Part shown: positions 30,294 through 39,617 of the stretch, one piece after another
Layout of the letters: the number at the start of each line of letters is the position of its first letter
How positions within the stretch are numbered: position 1 is the first letter of the stretch
From: Alphaproteobacteria bacterium
Lineage (GTDB): Bacteria; Pseudomonadota; Alphaproteobacteria; CAAHEQ01; UBA3637
Assembly (NCBI GenBank): GCA_045605805.1
Contig: JAZUQR010000021.1
Span: 32,001-96,000 of the forward strand
Reading direction: 5' to 3'
DNA: 64,000 bases
The notes under the pieces: model-generated
Database searches by the model: none
Told to the model about the DNA's origin: nothing
What the model saw: the letters and a program-made list of their open reading frames with translations, nothing else
Position numbers and translations under genes: made by a program

Positions 30294-30743
30294 ATGGAAA
30301 AAACATTACAAGATTTAACAAGACAATTATTGGCCTTGGCTCAAAGTGCAGCCGATGAAAGGGTTTTGCCGCAGGAAATGGTTCTTATTCAAGAAAAAGC
30401 CTTTGAGGTTCAAGAAAAAATGATGGCCGAGTTGGAACAAGCCGAAGAAAAAGCCAATGATATCCGTTCTGTTCAAAACATTTTTCAAATTCGTGAAGAT
30501 GTATGGGATATTATGAATAACTTGGCCATTCGTGAAGCCGAGGTCAAAGCAAAGTTTGGCTTAAAAGAAGAAGTCAAACCCGCCAAACATCATTGTTGTT
30601 GTGGTCATCACCACGAAGACAAACATGAATGCTGTTGTGGTCATCACCATGAAGACGAACACGAATGTTGTTGTAAAAACAAAAAAACGACAAAAACGAA
30701 ATGCTGTTCCAAGAAGGAGAAGAAAACATGCCGCAAAAAATAA
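30294..30743 (+). CDS. Hypothetical helical protein with His/Cys-rich tail
   Basis: RBS AGGAG; tail HHCCCGHHHEDKHECCCGHHHEDEHECCC. Confidence 0.8.
   Translation: MEKTLQDLTRQLLALAQSAADERVLPQEMVLIQEKAFEVQEKMMAELEQAEEKANDIRSVQNIFQIREDVWDIMNNLAIREAEVKAKFGLKEEVKPAKHHCCCGHHHEDKHECCCGHHHEDEHECCCKNKKTTKTKCCSKKEKKTCRKK
30594..30674. repeat. 36-bp tandem repeat (CCCGHHHEDxHE)
   Basis: Units start at 30594, 30630 and 30666 (partial). Confidence 0.9.
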
Positions 30744-30958
30744 CTTTTGAACAAGCTATGTCTGAATTGGATGAAATTGTGCGTAAATTGGAAAACGGAC
30801 AAATCCCTTTAGAAGAAGCCGTAAAAACTTATGAAAAGGGAATGGAGCTTAAAAAAATATGCGAAGAAGAATTAAAGAATGCCGAAATGAAAATTGAAAA
30901 ATTACAAATTCAAAACGGCACCCCTGTTCAAACGGAGGCATTGGATGAACAACTTTAA
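30728..30958 (+). CDS. xseB: Exodeoxyribonuclease VII small subunit
   Basis: TFEQAMSELDEIV..LE.G..LEEAV..YEKG; precedes ispA. Confidence 0.93.
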   Translation: MPQKITFEQAMSELDEIVRKLENGQIPLEEAVKTYEKGMELKKICEEELKNAEMKIEKLQIQNGTPVQTEALDEQL

Positions 30959-31832
30959 GAATCAACTCAAACAAACCCGATGTCTGATAGATGCCAACTT
31001 GGAAAAATGGCTTGTTGTGCCACATAATTTAAGCGCACAAGTGGTAGAGTCCATGCGATACAGCGCCATCGGGGGCGGCAAAGCCTTTCGGGCATTTTTG
31101 GTGTTGGAAACCGCAAAAATGTTTGGCTTACACGAACAATCTGCCTTAAACATAGCCACTGCCTTAGAAATGGTTCACGCCTATTCTTTAATTCATGATG
31201 ATTTACCATCAATGGACAATGATACTATGCGTCGTGGCAAACCTACAAACCATATACAATATGATGAAGCCACCGCTATTTTGGCCGGTGATGCCCTTTT
31301 AACACAAGCTTTTGAAGTGTTATCCGATGAAAGCACTCATCCCGATGCTGACATTCGTATCAAGTTAGTTCATTTGCTGGCTAAATTGGCTGGAAAAGAC
31401 GGCATGGTTGGCGGACAAATGATTGACCTTATCGGAGAAAAACAAACCTTAAATCTGGAACAAATTGAAATGCTGCAAGACAAAAAAACAGGTGCTTTGT
31501 TGATGTTTGCAAGCATCGCCAGTGCCATTGCCGCAAAGGCGCAGGAAGAATATCTCAACGCCTTAAAAACCTATGCTAAATGCATTGGCCTGATGTTCCA
31601 AATTACAGATGACATTTTGGACATTACAGGGGACAGCACAACCGTTGGCAAAACTTTGGGTAAAGATAAAACCGAAACAAAATCCACCTTTGTATCTGTT
31701 TTGGGCCTTGAACAAGCTAAACTAAAAGCACAGGAATTGGGCGAAAAAGCCGACAGTGCCTTGGTCATCTTTGGGCCAAAGGCCAACCTGTTAAAACAAG
31801 CAAGTCACTTTATTTTGGAAAGAAATTATTGA
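30945..31832 (+). CDS. ispA: Farnesyl/geranylgeranyl diphosphate synthase
   Basis: SLIHDDLPSMD..RRG, FQITDDILD. Confidence 0.94.
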   Translation: MNNFKNQLKQTRCLIDANLEKWLVVPHNLSAQVVESMRYSAIGGGKAFRAFLVLETAKMFGLHEQSALNIATALEMVHAYSLIHDDLPSMDNDTMRRGKPTNHIQYDEATAILAGDALLTQAFEVLSDESTHPDADIRIKLVHLLAKLAGKDGMVGGQMIDLIGEKQTLNLEQIEMLQDKKTGALLMFASIASAIAAKAQEEYLNALKTYAKCIGLMFQITDDILDITGDSTTVGKTLGKDKTETKSTFVSVLGLEQAKLKAQELGEKADSALVIFGPKANLLKQASHFILERNY

Positions 31833-32473
31833 TGCAAAAATTGATGAATAAAGAACAACTAAAGATATTTTGTCAGGCCTTAGCAACCGCCTATCCCAAC
31901 CCCAAATGTGAATTGGTTTGGTCTAATCCGTGGGAGCTTATGGTCGCCATCATCTTATCCGCCCAAAGCACAGACAAAAATGTCAACAAACACACGCCCG
32001 CCCTGTTCAAAGTTGCCAATACACCCAAACAAATGTTGGCCTTGGGCTATGAAAAAGTGCATTCCTTTTTAACCTCAATCAATTACCATAATAATAAAAC
32101 AAAAGCCATTATGAATCTGGCCGAAGTGATTGACAAGAAATATAACGGTGAAATCCCGCAAGATTTTGAAACATTGACAACCTTGCCCGGCATTGGCCGC
32201 AAAACAGCCAGCGTTTTCCTAAATGTGGCCTATAAAGCCCCCTATATCGGGGTAGACACCCATGTCTTCCGCCTGTGCCATCGCTTAGGTATTTGTACAG
32301 GAAAAACACCCGAAGAGCTTCAAAAAAAATTGGAACAAATCATTCCAGACCAATACAAAACTGATTTTGCACTTGCACTTGTTCTTTTGGGGCGTTATAC
32401 TTGTACGGCACGCAAACCAAAATGTGCTGAATGTCCCATGTATCAAGTGTGTATATCCGAGGAGAAAAAATAG
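31829..32473 (+). CDS. nth: Endonuclease III
   Basis: LSAQSTD, HhH LPGIGRKTA, VDTHV, 4Fe-4S Cys cluster. Confidence 0.95.
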   Translation: MMQKLMNKEQLKIFCQALATAYPNPKCELVWSNPWELMVAIILSAQSTDKNVNKHTPALFKVANTPKQMLALGYEKVHSFLTSINYHNNKTKAIMNLAEVIDKKYNGEIPQDFETLTTLPGIGRKTASVFLNVAYKAPYIGVDTHVFRLCHRLGICTGKTPEELQKKLEQIIPDQYKTDFALALVLLGRYTCTARKPKCAECPMYQVCISEEKK

Positions 32474-32474
32474 C

Positions 32475-34043
32475 ATGTTCAAAAAAGGGGGAATCTTTTT
32501 AAGTTTGGTGTTGTTTGCCAGTTTCTGTATGGCTCAAACCCAAGATTTGATGCAATCTGCCACACTTATCAATTTGAATGAAGCGACCGCTTATACCGGC
32601 CAACCTTTTTTGTATATTGAAGGCATCAAAGCCCCCGAAAAAGCCAATAATGAGATGGAAGAATTACAGTTAAAACTTTTTGGCACAAAGGATATTCAAA
32701 GGGCCACACGCAACACATTACAACTGTCCGATTCAAAGCCAGAAGAAAGCAACAATCAGCAAGAAAACTATACCTTTACAACCCCTTTTGGGCAAAGCGT
32801 TCAAGCAGCCTTTATTCCCCACATTCCTGATTTTGTCTCAATCATCCAAGTGCTTGACAAACAGCAAATAACGATAAGTGAACACATCACTGTTATCAAT
32901 ACAGATAAAGAAAAAAAATGGAAACGCAGTGTGAATTTGCCCCCCAACTCTTTGGCACAAATGACCCACTTTTCCATCAACGGTCAGGCCCAACCAATCC
33001 CAGCACAAGCACAAGCCAACACTTTACTGATTCAAAGCGACTTTGCCTTACCGTTGGGACCAAATAAAATTGTCTTAAAATACAATTTGACTAACGCCAT
33101 TCAACACAACACCTTAAACTTAAACTTGACTGGCACCCAAGTGGATGTGCCTATCAACCGCTTTAAGGCTCTTATCACATTCAGCACACCCATAAACCTC
33201 ACAACGAATAAATTGCTGTTTGGTACAAACAAAATGGATATTCCCGATATCTATACTCAGCAAACAGATAAGAACGCCACAACAAGCTATGTCATCAACC
33301 GTATCATTCCAGAAAACGCAAACATTCAATTACAAATGAGTCTGGATTCAACCAAACTTCCCTCTGGGTATGATGAACTCAATACTTCTTTGCACTGGAT
33401 AAACTTGATTGTTTATCTAATTTTACTGAGTTATTGGGGCGCAACCCTATGGTGGGAAAACAAAAAGAATAATGCCCCCACCTTGCCAAAAATAAAATAT
33501 CCAAAAACACTGACAGAGCTGGCCCATCAAATCGGCACAACGATGACCCATCAAAAATGGCAGGCATTGATTCAATTCGGAAAAGCCAATAACTGGCCCC
33601 TTCAAAAATTACAAAAAGAACAACAAGATTGGCAAAACCACCCCAAAAAAACATACCTTAAAACAAAAACAAAAACATTCTTTGCTTTGGCGGGAGAAAC
33701 ACTTGCTGGCACAATTTTATTGACCCTTCTCGGATTGATTGGCCTATACTATGTCCCCCAGAACTTGTCTGTATTTTGGCTTGTGAGTTTTGTTTTATAC
33801 GCCATTGTTGGGGTATGTTTGACATATAAGGCCGGCTTGAAAAAAATCCGACAAATCTATTGGCGCAAAAAACTGTTGCAATTGGAAAAACCAACAATAA
33901 TGGCAGGCCTCACCCAGAATCAAGTGCGTCAAGTCTATCCGTTGTTCATTTTGGCAAATCATCATCAAGAATGGCGCACAAAGTTCTGTCAAATCAATCC
34001 AACCACAGCAATACAAACCCATTTGAATAAGGAGAAAGTATGA
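32475..34043 (+). CDS. Membrane protein, possibly DUF2207-like
   Basis: Signal peptide, beta-rich periplasmic part (ITISEHI, LNLTG), three TM helices. Confidence 0.6.
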   Translation: MFKKGGIFLSLVLFASFCMAQTQDLMQSATLINLNEATAYTGQPFLYIEGIKAPEKANNEMEELQLKLFGTKDIQRATRNTLQLSDSKPEESNNQQENYTFTTPFGQSVQAAFIPHIPDFVSIIQVLDKQQITISEHITVINTDKEKKWKRSVNLPPNSLAQMTHFSINGQAQPIPAQAQANTLLIQSDFALPLGPNKIVLKYNLTNAIQHNTLNLNLTGTQVDVPINRFKALITFSTPINLTTNKLLFGTNKMDIPDIYTQQTDKNATTSYVINRIIPENANIQLQMSLDSTKLPSGYDELNTSLHWINLIVYLILLSYWGATLWWENKKNNAPTLPKIKYPKTLTELAHQIGTTMTHQKWQALIQFGKANNWPLQKLQKEQQDWQNHPKKTYLKTKTKTFFALAGETLAGTILLTLLGLIGLYYVPQNLSVFWLVSFVLYAIVGVCLTYKAGLKKIRQIYWRKKLLQLEKPTIMAGLTQNQVRQVYPLFILANHHQEWRTKFCQINPTTAIQTHLNKEKV

Positions 34044-34498
34044 AAAAAATCCTTTTACTTATAAGTCTTTTTTTTGTTATACCCTGTATCGCACAAACCC
34101 AAACGGATTCAGACGAAGGGTTGGATATTTATACCGCCGTTTATAAACAACAACAAGACTTATTAAAAATACAAAACATCTTGCTGGAAGCCTTGTTAAA
34201 AGTGCCTTTTGAGAAACGAGTGTATATCTATCCGGCCCTTTTTGAATCACAATACATTGCCAAGAAGATTGTCACTCATCCGCAAATTGCTATCTGGAAA
34301 GGGAAAAAGCCCACTCAGATTGCACCACAAATGCAAGAATATGCCAAAGAAAATCTAGAGTTTATGCCCGCAAAATTATATCCTCTGCTAGATCCTGACG
34401 CTTGGCCTAAAATACCCCAAAAAGAAGATTGGCGTAATATCCAAAAAATGATTCCCGAGATATTGGCCAATCCAAACCAAACACAAAACATTCCATAA
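34040..34498 (+). CDS. Hypothetical exported protein
   Basis: Signal peptide; start overlaps the upstream stop (ATGA). Confidence 0.75.
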   Translation: MKKILLLISLFFVIPCIAQTQTDSDEGLDIYTAVYKQQQDLLKIQNILLEALLKVPFEKRVYIYPALFESQYIAKKIVTHPQIAIWKGKKPTQIAPQMQEYAKENLEFMPAKLYPLLDPDAWPKIPQKEDWRNIQKMIPEILANPNQTQNIP

Positions 34499-34510
34499 TA
34501 AGGAATAAGA

Positions 34511-34539
34511 TTGACTTTTCAAATAATATCACTTATAAT
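34511..34539 (+). promoter_or_regulatory. Sigma70 promoter of gcrA-polA
   Basis: TTGACT-N17-TATAAT. Confidence 0.75.
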
Positions 34540-34566
34540 AGGTGTATCTTTCAAAAGGAGTTTCTT

Positions 34567-34947
34567 ATGGTGTGGACAGATGAAAAAATTAAAAACTTAA
34601 AAAAATTATGGCAAAAAGGGGCAACAACGGCCGAAATTGCCAAAAAATTGGGGCTTTCTAAAAACTCCATTATCGGCAAAGTCCATCGGCTGAATTTGGA
34701 AACAAGGCCTTCTCCAATTAAAAAGACCGCTCCGGTGAAAAAAGCAAAAGAAACAAAAACCACAAATGAACGCATTGGCATTATGGAGTTAAAACTAAAC
34801 ACATGCCGTTGGCCAATTGGCGACCCAACAGATGATGACTTTCACTTCTGTGGTAAAAACACAGCCACAGGCAAACCTTACTGTGCCGAACACTGTGCCA
34901 TGGCTTATTCAGGTTCAACAAAAGAAACAACCACAGATGACGAATGA
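34567..34947 (+). CDS. gcrA: Cell-cycle regulator GcrA
   Basis: WTDE..LKKLW..G, KNSIIGKVHRL, CRWPIGDP..FHFCG..YCAEH. Confidence 0.93.
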   Translation: MVWTDEKIKNLKKLWQKGATTAEIAKKLGLSKNSIIGKVHRLNLETRPSPIKKTAPVKKAKETKTTNERIGIMELKLNTCRWPIGDPTDDDFHFCGKNTATGKPYCAEHCAMAYSGSTKETTTDDE

Positions 34948-37654
34948 AACAAACAAAAATACGCTTTGTCTGATTGATGGTTCGGGTTATATCTTCCGTG
35001 CCTTTTATGCCCTCCCCCCAATGAACAGGCCAGATGGCACCCCCACAAATGCCGTTTATGGTTTTACAAATATGATGATGAACCTTTTGAACGAGCAGCA
35101 TTGCGCCCACATTGTGGTTATCTTTGATGCAAAGCGCAAAAACTTTCGCAATGATATTTACCCGCAATATAAAGCGAACAGACGAGAAACACCCCCTGAA
35201 CTGATTCCACAATTTCCTTTAATCCGCTCTGCCTGCGAAGCCTTAAATGTCAAATGGCTTGAAAAAGAAGGCTATGAGGCCGATGACCTAATTGCCGCCT
35301 ATGCCGAAAAAGCCACAAAAATGGGATGGCAAACAACTGTTATTACTGCTGACAAAGATTTGATGCAGTTGATGACAGACAGTGTCAAAATCTATGATCC
35401 AATGAAGAAAAAAATGCTGACCGAAGAAGATGTGATAAAAAAATTCGGGGTGACACCGGATAAAGTCACTGATGTGCAGGCCTTGATGGGTGACAGCACA
35501 GATAATATCCCTGGTGCAAACGGCATTGGCCCCAAAACGGCCGCAGAATTGATAAAAAATTATGGTTCGTTAAAAAATCTGTTGGATAATTTGGATACCA
35601 TTCCCAAACAAAAACAAAAAGAGGGATTGATTCGGGATAAAGAGCAAATCTTGATATCCGAAAAATTGGTGACCTTGGATAAAAATGCCCCAACGGAAAA
35701 TGATTTATCCGTCTTTGAATCACAACCATATCATCCCCAACACCTGAGTGATTTTTTAACACAAAACAACTTTCAAAGTTTAATCAAAAAAATCCAATTA
35801 AACACAAAAAATGCCCCCCAAACACCTGTTATGGCATCACCCACTCAAAACATCTGTATCCAAAGTGAAACGGATTTGCAAAGTTGGTTAAAAACAACAC
35901 AAAATGTGCTGGCCATAACAAGCCTGACACAAAACAATCAACTGATAGGGGTGGCCTTGGCAAACAGCCCATCCAATACCTGTTATATCCCATTGAATCA
36001 CATTCACCAATCAGATATAAAAGAAGACCTATTTGCCCCAATCAGCCGCCCGCCACAAATCAGCCCACAAAGTTTTTTGTCCATCCTCACACCATTTTTG
36101 GAAAACACATCCATCCTTAAAATAGGCCATAGCATCAAACAAACATGGCACAGTTTGACCACAAAAGAAATGGTTGAGTTGGCTCCCATAGACGATATTG
36201 AATTGATGAGCTATATTTTGAACAATACAAAACAACAAACGGCCTTACATCAGCTGAGCCAAGATTTGCTGGGGCTGCCCTTGATGGGAATGGAAAGCCT
36301 GACCGGATTGGGCAAAAATAAAACCCCCATTGAAGCCCTTTCTTTGGAACAAACCACAATCTATATGGGACAGCAGGTAAGCGCAATTTTTCAATGCTGG
36401 CAAAAATTAAAAAACTTGATGAATAACGCACCAAAAGCCTTGGAAATCTATAAGGATATTGATTTACCACTGATTCCAATTTTATATCGTATGGAAAAAG
36501 CCGGCATTTTGGTAGATATTCCCACTTTGCAAAAATTGGATGAACGATTCACACAGAACCTGCAAACTTTAACCGATAAAATCTATCAAGCTGCTGGTGA
36601 AGAGTTCAACATCAACTCTCCTGCTCAACTGGGTGTCATTTTGTATGAAAAACAAGGTTTATCCGGTGGCAAAAGAAGTGCTAATGGACATTGGATAACA
36701 GATGTCAAAGTTTTGGAATCTTTGGCGCAAAACGGTTCGGAATTGGCACATCTTGTCCTGCAATACAGAACCATCAGCAAATTAAAATCCACTTATGTGG
36801 ATGCGTTAAAAGACTATGCAAAACAAGATGCTCGCATTCATACAACCTTTTCCCTAACAGCCACAAACACAGGCCGCTTGGCAAGTTCTGACCCAAACCT
36901 GCAAAACATTCCTATCCGTTCTGCCGAAGGCAAAGAAATCCGTCAGGCATTCAAAGCAAAAACCGGCTATAAACTTGTATCTGCCGACTATTCACAAATA
37001 GAATTGCGTCTGATGGCCGAAGTGGCCAATGTCAAAAAATTAAAAGAATCTTTTGCAAAAAACGAGGATATCCACGCCCGAACAGCAAGCCAGATTTTAG
37101 GCATCCCCTTAAACGAAATCACACCCGATCAAAGGCGTCAAGCAAAAGCCATCAATTTTGGTATCATCTATGGCATTTCTGCCTTTGGGTTGGCGGCCAA
37201 CTTGGGCATTTCAAGAACAGAAGCAAAAGCCTATATAGACACCTATTTCGGCCAATATCCAGAAATCAAAAAATATATGCAAGAAACAGAACAATTTGCT
37301 GAACGAAACGGCTTTGTCACAACCCCCTTTGGTCGCACTATCCACATTGCAGGATTAGACAACAAAATGACCAAAAACTTTGCCTTGCGAGCCGCCATCA
37401 ATGCCCCAATCCAAGGCGGTGCTGCTGATATTATAAAAATGGCAACTATCAAAGTCTGTCACATCTTACAGCAAGCAAATCTGGATGCCGCCTTGCTGCT
37501 TCAAGTGCATGACGAACTGGTTTTTGAAATTGCCGAACAAGATGTCACACAAGCAAGTGAACTGATTAAAGAAGCCATGGAAAAAGTGGTTCATCTGTCT
37601 GTTCCGTTGGTGGCCGAAGTTGGTGTTGGGGATAATTGGAAAGAGGCACATTGA
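34937..37654 (+). CDS. polA: DNA polymerase I
   Basis: 5'-3' exonuclease (LIDGS, EADD), ADYSQIELR, KAINFGIIYG, QVHDEL. Confidence 0.97.
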   Translation: MTNETNKNTLCLIDGSGYIFRAFYALPPMNRPDGTPTNAVYGFTNMMMNLLNEQHCAHIVVIFDAKRKNFRNDIYPQYKANRRETPPELIPQFPLIRSACEALNVKWLEKEGYEADDLIAAYAEKATKMGWQTTVITADKDLMQLMTDSVKIYDPMKKKMLTEEDVIKKFGVTPDKVTDVQALMGDSTDNIPGANGIGPKTAAELIKNYGSLKNLLDNLDTIPKQKQKEGLIRDKEQILISEKLVTLDKNAPTENDLSVFESQPYHPQHLSDFLTQNNFQSLIKKIQLNTKNAPQTPVMASPTQNICIQSETDLQSWLKTTQNVLAITSLTQNNQLIGVALANSPSNTCYIPLNHIHQSDIKEDLFAPISRPPQISPQSFLSILTPFLENTSILKIGHSIKQTWHSLTTKEMVELAPIDDIELMSYILNNTKQQTALHQLSQDLLGLPLMGMESLTGLGKNKTPIEALSLEQTTIYMGQQVSAIFQCWQKLKNLMNNAPKALEIYKDIDLPLIPILYRMEKAGILVDIPTLQKLDERFTQNLQTLTDKIYQAAGEEFNINSPAQLGVILYEKQGLSGGKRSANGHWITDVKVLESLAQNGSELAHLVLQYRTISKLKSTYVDALKDYAKQDARIHTTFSLTATNTGRLASSDPNLQNIPIRSAEGKEIRQAFKAKTGYKLVSADYSQIELRLMAEVANVKKLKESFAKNEDIHARTASQILGIPLNEITPDQRRQAKAINFGIIYGISAFGLAANLGISRTEAKAYIDTYFGQYPEIKKYMQETEQFAERNGFVTTPFGRTIHIAGLDNKMTKNFALRAAINAPIQGGAADIIKMATIKVCHILQQANLDAALLLQVHDELVFEIAEQDVTQASELIKEAMEKVVHLSVPLVAEVGVGDNWKEAH

Positions 37655-37664
37655 GGCAAAAAAA

Positions 37665-38441
37665 ATGAGACTAGATCAATTTTTGGTACATCAAAATCTG
37701 ATTGACACCCGCACAAAAGCCAAATCAGCCATCACACAAGGCCTCATTTATTGTGACGGTCAACAAATAACAAAGCCAAGTTTTGAGGTCACAGACAATA
37801 CACAAGTTGAAATTAAAGGCTGTTTGTTGCCCTATGTTTCTCGTGGGGGCCTAAAATTAGAAAAAGCCCTAAACGATTTTCAAATTGATTTAAGTGAAAA
37901 AATCGTTTTGGATATCGGCTCATCAACCGGTGGTTTTACAGATTGTGCCCTTCAACACAAAGCAAAATCGGTGATAGCTGTTGATGTAGGCACCAACCAA
38001 TTAGCCCCTGTTTTACGAACAAATCCAGCTGTCATAGTTTATGAACAAACCGATTTCAGAACCATAAGCACAGAAAAAATAAACGCTTGCCAAATTGCCG
38101 TATCAGATGTTTCTTTCATCTCTGTGATAAAAATGATTCCCAAGTTGCAACAGATTGAAAATCTGACCGACCTCATCTGTTTAATCAAACCACAGTTTGA
38201 ATGCGGGAAAGAAACGGCCGATAAATATAAGGGAATTATCAAAAATCCCAAAATCCATATCCAAGTGCTGACAACTGTCATCGCCACATTTGAAAAAAAT
38301 GGATTTCATTTGCATCATTTATGTCTTTCCCCCATCAAAGGAACAAGTGGCAACACCGAATATCTGGCTCACTTCAAAAAAGAACCAAGTAATTTTTCGC
38401 CAAATATCAATGAGCTAACACATAAGGCTTTTCAAAAATAA
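37665..38441 (+). CDS. tlyA: TlyA-family rRNA methyltransferase
   Basis: S4 domain, YVSRGGLKL, DIGSSTGGFTD, LIKPQFE. Confidence 0.94.
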   Translation: MRLDQFLVHQNLIDTRTKAKSAITQGLIYCDGQQITKPSFEVTDNTQVEIKGCLLPYVSRGGLKLEKALNDFQIDLSEKIVLDIGSSTGGFTDCALQHKAKSVIAVDVGTNQLAPVLRTNPAVIVYEQTDFRTISTEKINACQIAVSDVSFISVIKMIPKLQQIENLTDLICLIKPQFECGKETADKYKGIIKNPKIHIQVLTTVIATFEKNGFHLHHLCLSPIKGTSGNTEYLAHFKKEPSNFSPNINELTHKAFQK

Positions 38442-38501
38442 ACTTTCCCCTTGCGTTTTGCCTTTTTTCGTGCTAGGATGAACCAAAACAAAGGAGTAAG
38501 C

Positions 38502-39467
38502 ATGACAGACTTTTCAAATATATCGGTAATCGGCTGTGGCCGTTGGGGCGGATTTTTGGGGTGGTACGCCGCCACAATTAAATCATCACATGTATTGTTT
38601 CTGGGTGTCCCTGGTGATCCGGCTTATGAATCTTTAATCAAAACAGGCTTCAACGGCTATTGCCAAATGCCCGAAAATGTCAGCTATACCACCGATATGG
38701 AAGAAACGCTTAAAAATGATTTTATTATTGTATCCATTGGCTGTCAAGGTTTCCGTTCGCTGTGCAAACAAATGGCACCCTATAACTTAAAAGGGAAAAA
38801 GTTCTTGCTTGCCATGAAAGGTTTGGAATCTGATACTGCCAAACGCATGACGCAGATTTTTGAAGAAGAAATCCATGAACCCACAGCTCAGGTGGCCGTT
38901 TTGGGCGGCCCTGGTCATCCACAAGACTACTTAAAAGGCATTCCAAGCTGTGTGGTTGTCAGCTCGGCCACAGAAGAAGCAAAACTTTCCATTGCCCAAT
39001 ATATGAACAGCCATTTAATTCGGGCCTATTATGGTTCAGATTTAATTGGCAATGAAATTGGGGCGGCCTTAAAGAATGTTATCGGGTTGGCGGCCGGCAT
39101 TTTGGACGGCATCGGATGGAACGCCTTAAAAGGCGCATTGATGGCTCGTGCACCTGTGGAAGTAGGCCGTATTATGGAATACTTTGGCGGGCAATCAAAA
39201 AGTGCCTATGGTTTGGCTCACTTGGGTGATTATGAAGCCACACTGTTCTCACCGCACAGCCACAATCGGGCCTATGGTGAAGCATGGGCAAAAGGCGAAA
39301 GGTTTGAAAAATTGGCCGAAGGCGTGCCTACCTTAAAGGCCGTTTATGCAATGCGAGATCAGTTAGAAATCCCACTATGCGTTGCCCTGTACAATGTGAT
39401 TTATAAAAATGCCGATCCAAAATCAGAAATCAAAATCCTGTTTGATCGCCCGTTAAGATCCGAATAA
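38502..39467 (+). CDS. gpsA: NAD(P)H-dependent glycerol-3-phosphate dehydrogenase
   Basis: GCGRWG, KGLE, ALKNVI.LAAG, LGD, AEGV. Confidence 0.9.
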   Translation: MTDFSNISVIGCGRWGGFLGWYAATIKSSHVLFLGVPGDPAYESLIKTGFNGYCQMPENVSYTTDMEETLKNDFIIVSIGCQGFRSLCKQMAPYNLKGKKFLLAMKGLESDTAKRMTQIFEEEIHEPTAQVAVLGGPGHPQDYLKGIPSCVVVSSATEEAKLSIAQYMNSHLIRAYYGSDLIGNEIGAALKNVIGLAAGILDGIGWNALKGALMARAPVEVGRIMEYFGGQSKSAYGLAHLGDYEATLFSPHSHNRAYGEAWAKGERFEKLAEGVPTLKAVYAMRDQLEIPLCVALYNVIYKNADPKSEIKILFDRPLRSE

Positions 39468-39478
39468 ACATTTTTGTC

Positions 39479-39507
39479 TTGACTTTCATCACGCTTTTGC
39501 GTAAAAT
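39479..39507 (+). promoter_or_regulatory. Sigma70 promoter of ffs
   Basis: TTGACT-N17-TAAAAT, 6 nt before the RNA 5' stem. Confidence 0.75.
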
Positions 39508-39513
39508 AAAGGC

Positions 39514-39599
39514 GGAAAGATGTGGACGACAATCTTTGGTTATCGGGTCAGGTTCGGAAGAAAGCAGCCCACCCTTTGTATTTCGGGTCATGTCTTTCC
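39514..39599 (+). ncRNA. ffs: Small SRP (4.5S) RNA
   Basis: Domain IV motif TCAGGTTCGGAAGAAAGCAGCC; terminal stem GGAAAGATGTG/CATGTCTTTCC; classic position before dnaX. Confidence 0.9.
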
Positions 39600-39617
39600 T
39601 CTAACAAAAGGATACCG

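Noticed and set aside
39522-39617. N-terminal extension of DnaX in the ORF track
   Set aside because: Overlaps the SRP RNA; conserved DnaX starts at 39618
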